The position numbers and the translations under genes were made by a program. The notes under the pieces are model-generated. The model searched no databases. It was not told the DNA's origin and saw only the letters and a list, made by a program, of their open reading frames with translations. Positions 1 through 8,212 of a DNA stretch of 31,292 bases are shown piece after piece. The stretch comes from Scenedesmus sp. PABB004. Its lineage: Eukaryota. The stretch is taken from the NCBI GenBank assembly GCA_014905635.1, contig JABVCE010000031.1:310001-341292 (forward strand). Direction: 5' to 3'. Each line of letters begins with the position of its first letter. Within the stretch, counting starts at the first letter, position 1.

Positions 1-23
1 CAGCACGCCGCCGGCCGTCCAGC

Positions 24-1629
24 ATGCAGCAGCGCCTGCCCGGCCACGCCGACGCTGCGGCGCGGCCGGCGGCGCTGCGCGCGCTCGGGCGGTGGCGCCC
101 GCCGGTGCTGCGCGGCCGCGGCGCCACGCCGCGGTGCGGCGCGGCCGCCGCGCAGCAGGCGCGGGGGGAGCCGTCGCGGGAGCAGGGCGAGCAGGCCTTT
201 GAGCAGCAGCTGGCGGCGCTGGCGGCGTGGCGCGACGCGCACGGCAGCTGCCACGTGCCGCGCACGGCGGCCGACGCGGCGCCGCTGGCGGCCTGGGTGG
301 CGTGGGCGCGGCGCGCGGGCGCGCGCGGCGGCCTCGCCCCGCACCAGCGCGCGGCGCTGGACGCGCTGGGCTTCGTGTGGCGCCCGCCCGTGGTGCGTCG
401 TCGGCGGCCGCCCGCCGGGGCGCGGCGCCGCCGGGGCACCAGCGCCGGCTCACGGTGCGCCCGCCGCCGCCATGCCGCCGCCGCCGCCGCAGCTGGAGGC
501 GCAGTGGCACGCAACGTACCACACCCTCCGCCTGTGGCTGCAGCGCGGCGGCAGCCTCGAGGCGCTGCGCGCGCACGCGGCGCAGGCCGCGGCCGACCGG
601 CTCGCCGCGCCGCTGCAGGGCGCCGCGGCGGCGGGCGCCGACGGCGCCGAGCAGGCGCAGCAGCCGGGGGCCGCCGCCGCGGCGCCGCCGCCGCCGGGCG
701 AGGCGCACGAGGCGGCGCTGTGGCTGGCGCGGCAGGAGGCGCTGTACGGCAAGCTCAAGCTGACGGCCATCAAGGTCGCCATGCTGCGGCGCCTGGGTGA
801 GACCGCCTGCGCAAACGACGCCGGCGGCGCCGCGCGCCAGCGCGGGGCGCAGGCCCCGCGCGAGCCCGCCGCCCCGCCGCGCCGCGCCGCGCCGCGCAGG
901 CGTGAGGCTCCGCCGCCAGGCGGGGCTGGCCAAGCCCGACCTGCACCCCGTGCTGCGCGGCGTCGATCCCGACACCTACCAGCGGCGCCCGATCGTGGTC
1001 GCGCCCGCGACGCGCGAGGGCCGCCGCGCAGTGGGGCGCCTGCTCGCGCGCCACGCGGCGCTGCAGGCGGCCGGCGGCGGGCGCCGCGCGGCGGCCGGCG
1101 GCGCCGCGGCGGCGCCGCCCAGCCCCGGCGAGGCCGCGGCGCGCGGCGACGCCGCGTGTGAGTTCGTGGTCATGCTGGCGGAGCTGCAGCGCTGGAAGAA
1201 GCGCCACGGCACCGCGCTCGTGCCGCCGTCCGCGTTTGACCGCCCCCGCCTCGCCGCGTGGGTGGCGCACCTGCGCGCGCTGCGCGCCGCCGAGCTGTCG
1301 GAGCGGGGGCAGCAGCAGCAGCAGCTGCTGCCGCCGCTCGAGCAGCAGCAGTCGCGCGAGCTGGCGGAGCAGTCGCGTGGGCCGGAGCAGCAGCTGCTGC
1401 TGCAGCAGCAGCAGCAGCAGCAGCAGGAGCAGCAGGAGCAGCCGCAGGCGGGCCCCGTCGCCGAGCTGGGCCCGGAGCTGGCGCTCGCGGCGCTGGAGCG
1501 CTGGCACGTGCGCGAGCTCGACGCCGTGGGCTTTGTCTGGCGGCCCAGCCCGGTGGGTGGGGGAGGCCGGGGGCGAGCTGGGGCGCGGCCGCGCGCGGCG
1601 CGCGGCGGCGGCGCAGCAGCAGCCGACGC

Positions 1630-1660
<31 letters not shown>

Positions 1661-1898
1661 GCAGGACGCCGCCGCGTGGCACGCCCGCTTCCACGAGCTG
1701 CGCCGCTTCAAGCAGCTGCACCACCACACGCGCGTGCCCGAGGCGGCCGGCGAGTGGGCGGGGCTGGCGGCCTGGCTCGCCGAGCAGCGGCGCGCGCTCG
1801 CGGGCGCAAGCGCTTCGTCGCCGCGGCTCAGCGCCGCGCAGGCGCGCATGCTGCGCGTGCTCGGCGTCGCGCCGGCCGGCGCCGCCGACGACGGCTGA
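24..1898 (+). CDS. Helicase-associated (HA) domain repeat protein, about 4 HA-like repeats, no helicase core. Exons 24-392, 493-796, 900-1552, 1665-1898; the true start could lie upstream
   Basis: GT-AG introns join in frame. Repeats match the HA pattern (W/F..L..W...HG...VP....L..WV...R.....L......L..LGF.W): FEQQLAALAAWRDAHGSCHVP...LAAWVAWARR...LDALGFVW; LQRWKKRHGTALVP...LAAWVAHLR...LDAVGFVW; WHARFHELRRFKQLHHHTRVP...LAAWLAEQRR...LRVLGV. TGA at 1896-1898. Confidence 0.8.
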
Positions 1899-2290
1899 CG
1901 CGAAGGTGGCGCCTGACGGGCGTTGAGCCGGGGGTCTCCGGCCGATGGGGCGCCGGCGAGGCTGGATTCGCTGCCGCCGCCGCCGCGCGTTCGAGCGCTG
2001 GCGGCGCGCGGCGGCGGCCGCCGGCGGCGCGCAGCGCGGGCAGCAGCAGCAGCAGCTCTTGGCGGCAATCGTATTCATCGGCGCGATGCTCGATGCCGCG
2101 CGGGCGGGCTCTGGGCAAACCCGCATTCTGAAACGCCCGCCCTCGTTCGGCGCCCCGCCGCATGCACAGGCCCGGCCACCGATCGCGCGTGGGGAACGCC
2201 TTGCCCGACGCCAACGACCGGCCCCGCCGCGCGAGGAGCGCCCGACCTCAACAACCTGAGGCCCTCCCGCGCCCGCCAGCCGCCCTCGCG

Positions 2291-3607
2291 ATGCTGCGCG
2301 CACCGCCCATGGCCGCCCGAGGAGGCGCCGCGGCCAGCCGGCGCGGCCTGGCGCCCGGGCCGGCCGCGGGGCGGCCGGGGCGGGCGGCGCGCTGCGCGCC
2401 CGTTCGCGCGGTGGTGAAGCGCGCCAAGGTGGGCCGCCGCGGCCGCGCCGCGCCGCTGGTGCGATACGGGCAGCGCCTGAGGGCCTCCCGCGCGCAGGCG
2501 GTCGAGCTGGCGGCCGCGGAGGCGGAGGAGAGCGTCTTCCTGGACCCGCTCGTCCGCAGCTTTCTGCTCGGCATCGGCGCGGGCGTGCTGTGCGAGGGCG
2601 GGCACGTCGCGTTCAAGGTGCGACCGCCCGTCCGCCCACGTGCGCGGCGCGGCGATCACGCGCCCGCGCCGCCCGAGGCGACCTCCCGCGCTCCGCCATC
2701 GCAGGCGCTCTCCCTGCTGCAGGCCAGCGGCGACCTGGAGGCCCTGGGGGCGGCCGTGCGGGCCAACCTGGAGCAGTTTGCGCCGCTGTTCGTGTGGGAT
2801 CACGTCGCCGCGCTGTGAGTCGGCAGAGGGGCCGCGCTGACCGGGATGGCGACCCCCGAGCTGACGTGTTCCGGAACTCCCGCGCGCGCCGCAGCGGCTT
2901 CTGGGTGCTCCTGTACGCCATAGAGGTCGGCGCCATCATCAGCGTGCTCAAGGCCAACCCCGACGACGCCCAGGCGGCGGTGAGCGCGAGGGCGGGGGCC
3001 CGGCCGCCGCTGCTCGCTGCGGCGCGCACAGCCGCCCCGCCCACCGCCCCCGCCGTCCGCCCCGCTGCGCAGGTCCGCCAGGCGCGGGGCATGATGACGC
3101 TGTCAAAGCGCATGCTGCCCCTCCGCCTCGGCCTGCTGAAGAAGACGCTCTTTGTGCTCGCGACCGGCGCGGCGCCCGCGCCCGCGCTCGCCGCGCCGGC
3201 GGCCGCCGCGAGCGCGGCCGCCGCGCCGGCGGTCGCCGAGGCGGCGCCGCCCGGCGCGCTGGCGTTCACCGACGCGCGCGTTGCCGACGCCGTGGCTGAC
3301 ATCGAGGCGTCCGCGCGCGCGCCGCTCGGCCTGCCCACGCTGCCGCCGCCGGCGCGGCCGCCGCCGGCGCTCGACGAGCCGCCGCGGCCGTCCCCGCCGC
3401 CGGCGCCGCGCAAGACGCTCGCGGAGCGGCGCGCGGGGCTGCGCCCGGGCGAGTGGGAGCCCGCGTCGCGCGGCGCCGTGCTCGACCGGCGCGGCCAGGA
3501 GCTGGTCGACCGCAAGAGCTACCTCCGCAACTTCTGGTACGCGGCAGGTGAGCGAGGCCCCCGCCCACACACACACACACACGCGCCCTGGGTGCAGCGC
3601 TGCGGCA

Positions 3608-3646
<39 letters not shown>

Positions 3647-4656
3647 GGACGGCCGGGCGCGGCGGCCAGGCCCGCGACAGCGCTCGCTCGTGCGCGCCGC
3701 CGCTGCCGCTGCCCACGCGCCGCCGCCGCCTGCCCGGCCCGGCCGCCGCCGGCGCAGCGCTGAGCGAGAAGCTGGAGGACGGCAAGCCCCTGGGCGTGGA
3801 CCTGCTGGGCAGCCGCGTGACGCTGTTCAGGGACGGCAACCGCGTCGTCGCGCTCGACGACACCTGCCCCCACAGGTGTGCTGTGTGTGCGCTCGCGCGC
3901 GGGCGGCACGCACGCGCGCGAGCCCCGCCCTGCCGGCCGCGCGCGCGGCCGCGGCGCCGCCCGCCGGTCGCGCGCGCGGCCGACCGCCCGCCGCGCCCGT
4001 GCCGCGCGCAGGGGCGCGCCGCTGTCCGAGGGCTGGCTCGCGTCGGGCCCCTCCACCGGCGGCCACACCTGCGTGGTGTGCCCCTACCACGTGAGCACCC
4101 AGCAGCGCCCCCGCCCCGGCCTCGCTGCGCTGCCCTCCTCTCTGTCCCCCCCCCCCTCTCATCCACCACGCACGCGCCCACACCGACCCGCCCGCCCGCC
4201 CGCCCGCCCACCCAGGGCTGGGCGTTTGACGGCGAGGGCCACCTGCGCGACGTGCCCTCGGCCGAGCCGGGGCGCTGGCCCAAGCGCCCGCTCGTGTCCT
4301 CATACCCGGTGCGCCCGCCGCTGCCGCTGCTGCTGCTGCGCGTCGGCGCCGCGCGCCCGGCCGGGTCGCGGCGGGGCCAGCCCCGCCGGCGCGGGCGGCC
4401 GACGCGCCGCCGCGCGCCGAGCGCGCCGCAGGTGGAGGAGCGCGGCGGCTTTGTTTGGCTCTTCTGGGGCGACAAGCGCCTGCCCGCCGAGGAGCGGCCG
4501 CCCATCCCGTTCACGCCGGGTGCGCGCCGCCGCCGCCGCCGCTGTCGCGTCCGCCCGCGCGCGCGCACGCTGCCTGCCCCTCCCCCTTCCCTCCTGCCCT
4601 CCCTTCCCCTCCCGCGCGCACGCTCGTCCCTCCCCGCCCTCACGCACACACACACA

Positions 4657-4725
<69 letters not shown>

Positions 4726-6074
4726 GCACACACACGCACACACACACACACGCACGCACGCACACACACGCACACACGCACACACGCACACACACACACA
4801 CGCACACACACACTCTCTCTCTCACTCTCACGCGCGCAGAGCTCGAGGCGCCCGGCTGGCACTCGGTGTACGGCGAGATCGAGTTTGAGTGCGGGCACTG
4901 GGGCGTGTTTGAAAACGCCATCGACATGGCACACATCCACTACCTGCACGGCGACTCCTTCGGCAACGCCGAGAAGCCGCGCATCGCCGACATGGCCACC
5001 GCCCGCGACACGTTCCACGTCGAGGCGCGCTTCAGGTGCGGGCGCGGGGGATCGATCGCGACGCGTGCGGCGGCGCGCGGGGGCGTGCGGGCGCGGCGCA
5101 GCGGCGGCGGCGGCCGGGAAGCCTGCGCCGCGCCGCGGCCCGCCTGCCCTCCGCGAACCGGCCGTGACCCGCCCCGCCCCGCCGCGGTGGCGCAGCATCC
5201 ACAACAAGCCCGTGAGCGCGCTGTGGGACTGGACCGCGGTCGAGAGCGTGCCCGTGACGGCCAAGGCGATGCTGCCGAGCTCGAGCGCGATTACCATCCA
5301 GCTCGGCGCCGGCGTGTCGATGATCACCTTTGGTGCGTGCGGCCGCGACCGCGCCGCGGCGCCGCCTCGCGTCTGCGCGCGCCTCGCCGCGCTCAGCCGC
5401 CGGCGGCCGCTCGCTCGCTCACGCGCGCCCCCCGCCGCCGCGCCCGCCGCGCCCACCAGTCAACACGGTGCCCATCAGCGAGAACCGCTCTGTCAACAGG
5501 TGACGCCCGCGCCGCGCGCGCCTCTCCCTCTCTCTCTCTCTCGCCCCTGCCCCTGAACCCTGCCCCCTGCGCCACCCGCCCCTCTAAACCCTGTACACCC
5601 CAGGTTCTGCCTCATCCGCAACTTTGCGGGGTGGGAGGGCTTTGACGGCTACGCGCGGCGCGCGATGATGAAGATCCTCGGCGAGGACAAGGTGCGGTTC
5701 AGGGGCACGGGTCCAGGGTTTAGGGGGCTAGGCCGCTGGGCAGGGTTTAGGGGCGGCCCGGGCGTCACGCCTGCGGGGCGCACGCCTTGCTGGAGGGACG
5801 CCTTGCTGGATGGAGGCCCTGAGCAGCCAGGCGGCACGCCCGAGCCGCCCCGGCGCTCAACCCCCGCCGCGCCCGCCCGCCCGCCGCTGCGGTTGTCACG
5901 CCGCAGGTCATGGTCGAGCGCCTCACGCCGGAGCGGCTCGGCCGCGAGTTCAGCCTCGGCCCCGACGCGCCCCAGGTCGCGTTCCGCGCGCTGCGCCAGG
6001 AGTGGGTGGACATGGGCTATGCGGTGCCGCCGGAGAGCGTGCGCCCGCGCCGCGGCCTCGCGCCAGACATGTGA
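2291..6074 (+). CDS. Rieske [2Fe-2S] non-heme iron oxygenase (CAO/PAO/TIC55-like class), probably plastid-targeted. 13 exons: 2291-2617, 2705-2814, 2895-2979, 3073-3547, 3758-3875, 4012-4090, 4216-4308, 4432-4519, 4840-5035, 5196-5332, 5460-5499, 5604-5691, 5907-6074
   Basis: The spliced product has LRNFWYAA, Rieske ligands CPHRGAPLS...CPYHGWAFD, mononuclear iron motif ENAIDMAHIHYLH and C-terminal ILGEDKVMVE. All 12 introns are GT-AG with matching phases. The Ala/Arg-rich N-terminus resembles a transit peptide. Confidence 0.9.
4641..4830. repeat. (CA)n/(CT)n microsatellite in intron 8 of the Rieske gene
   Basis: About 190 bp of interrupted CACACA followed by CTCTCT, directly visible. Confidence 0.95.
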
Positions 6075-7257
6075 GGCCGCGCCAGCGGCGCGGGGCGGGC
6101 GTGGGCGGGGCTCGCGCGAGGGACGGGCTGCGGGGGCGGGCGGGGAGGCGGCGGGCGCGCGCCGGGCTGCCGCCCGGGCGCGCTGTACACTAGAGCTCCG
6201 CGCACGCGGCGAGCCTTGGAGGAGGATGGGGGCCCCGCCGCCGCCGCCATGTGCGCGCGGCGGCCGGAGAGGTTTGGGGGAGGCGGTGATTCGGCAGTGA
6301 TTCGGCCGCCGGCCGGCCGTGGGGAGCGCTCGCGCGCCAGCAGCACCGGCGGCGCGGCGCGCATTGATTGCATTGGCGGCGCGGCGCGGTTGGCGGCGGC
6401 GCTGTGACACGCACGCATGCAGCTCACCTGCTTGGATTGCGGTTCAAGAAGCGGGGCGGCGGCCCCCAGCATCGGCGGCGCGGGGGCGTTATACCTTTGG
6501 ACCTCTTGCCCGCTGGGCCCCCTGCCAGCGCGGGGCAGCGCGCGGTGGTGTGTGCGTGTGCCGCGGCTGCAAGAGAGCGGCCGGGGCCGCGTGCCGCGCG
6601 GGGCGGGGGGCGCCCCCGCCGAGGCGGCGGGGCGGGATCGCAGGCGGCGCAGCATCACTCGCGCCGCGTGGTGTCGTATGCCCGTGTTGGTTGATGTACA
6701 CCATTCCATCATCACACCCCATCCCTGGCTGTGACGTTTTGACGTGTTTCGATGACGCCACGTTGTGTGTGCGGCCTGCCGGGAGGCAGGCGCGGCGACG
6801 ACGACGCGCGCCGCGCGCCGGGCGCGCAGCGGCACCGCGCGCCGGCGGCAGCGCGCGCGGCGTGTGGCGTGTGTGTGGCGCCCCTGACCTGATTGTCCGT
6901 CGGCCGCCCTGGCGGAGCCAGCACTTGCTTGCCCGGCCATGCGGCAGCGCTGGCGGGTCGCGTCTCCTTTGCAGCACTGCCCGGTCCGCCTGTGCTGCAT
7001 TGCACCCCGTGCGCGCGCCGACGCGCGCCGCCGGCTGTACCACCAACACACATCACCCCTGTGGGGTGTAGCGCAGCACCGCCGCAACGGCGCGCGGCTG
7101 GCCCTTTGCCAGCACCTGGAGGCGAGGGAGGGCGGGACGATAAAGTGCGCGCGGCGCGCGGCGCGGGAGCGGCGGCGCACCACCCCACGCGCGCGCCGCT
7201 CCGCCGGGCGACACCACCCCCGGCTGTACCATCAAGAACACCACACGACCACAACAC

Positions 7258-7355
7258 GCACAACAGACATGACGCGTCCCGCCACATCATCTCACGCGGG
7301 CGCGGAGAGCACAACACATGACGCGTCCCGCCGCACGATTCCACGCGGGCGCGGA
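7258..7355. repeat. Two tandem units of about 48 bp, each an internal stem-loop
   Basis: 7258-7306 gcacaacagacatgacgcgtcccgc-cacatcatctcac-gcgggcgcgga and 7309-7355 gcacaacacatgacgcgtcccgc-cgcacgattccac-gcgggcgcgga. Confidence 0.9.
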
Positions 7356-7424
7356 CAGGGCGGCTTAAGCTTATCTGACTGCGGGCGGCGGCGGCGGTGC
7401 CGCGGGCTGGGCGGGGCTCGGCGC

Positions 7425-7559
7425 CGGGGCGGTCTCGCGGGCCGGCGCTGGCGCTGACCATGGGATGCGCTCGGAATTCAGAGCTTCACGTCGAAGAGCG
7501 TTACGGGCAGACCAGCAAAAAAAACAAAAAAACCAAAAACCGGCCCGCGGGACGCCCCG
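7425..7559. repeat. Imperfect inverted repeat of about 20 bp enclosing an inner hairpin and an A-rich tract
   Basis: 7425-7445 cggggcggtctcgcgggccgg pairs with 7540-7559 ccggcccgcgggacgccccg. Inner pair gctgg (7447) / ccagc (7516). A-tract at 7517-7539. Confidence 0.7.
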
Positions 7560-7636
7560 CGGGACGCCCCGCGCACGCCGCCGGTAACGCGCGGCTGCAG
7601 CTTGAACGCGTGTGCCACGAACGAACGATCCTGAGG

Positions 7637-7641
7637 TTACA
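7637..7641 (-). terminator. Putative TGTAA polyadenylation signal of the orphan gene
   Basis: ttaca on + is TGTAA on -, about 90 nt downstream of the predicted stop at 7730. TGTAA is the established chlorophyte poly(A) signal. Confidence 0.55.
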
Positions 7642-7729
7642 CGCCGACGGCCCGCCGCGCGCAACTGCTGAGGCAACTGCTGCTGGGCGCCGCTCCGTTG
7701 GCGGTGGGGGTCTCGACCGCTCAGACCGC

Positions 7730-8171
7730 TCAGTCGCTGCCGTCCGACGCCAGCACTGCCAGCGCCGCTGCCGCCTCGCTTGCCTCGAGCTCATGGCTCA
7801 GCGTTAACAGTTGGCGCCTAAGCGAGAGGAGCTCGCGCCGCTCCTGCCGCCGCTCCTGCTCCTGCTCACGCAGGTGCTGCTCCTGCTCACGCAGGCGCTG
7901 CTCCTGCTCACGCAGGCGCTGCTGAGCTGTCGTGGGTGCCGGCGCTGGCGGGCTGGGCGGCTGGTGTGCGTCGGGCCGGCTCGCCGAGCCGGCCGCGGCC
8001 CAGCGCGGCGCGCCGCCCCCGCGGCGGGCGCCGGCAGCCCGTGCGACTGCAGCCCTGGCGGCTGCAGCTGCTGCACCGGCTGCCAGCCGCCACGCCCCGC
8101 GCTGTGCGGCCGCGGTCCCTCCCCCGCCGGCGCCGGCGTGCCGCCGCCCAGGCGCAGGCGCAGCGCGCCAA

Positions 8172-8212
<41 letters not shown>

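Noticed and set aside
6186..6215. Helitron-like 3' end on - (GC hairpin, CTAG, then T)
   Set aside because: Hairpin spacing is non-canonical, CTAG occurs elsewhere in the window, and no Rep/helicase motifs were found.
6491..6510. ATACCTTT resembling the plant U2 snRNA 5' end
   Set aside because: The following sequence lacks the U2 GTAGTA branch-pairing region and the stem I sequence.
6184..7230. GTAC cores as copper-response elements
   Set aside because: The count is close to chance expectation, and the region lies between 3' ends rather than in a promoter.
7258..7355. CRISPR-like repeat array
   Set aside because: Only two units, the variable part lies inside the palindrome, the context is eukaryotic and there are no cas genes.
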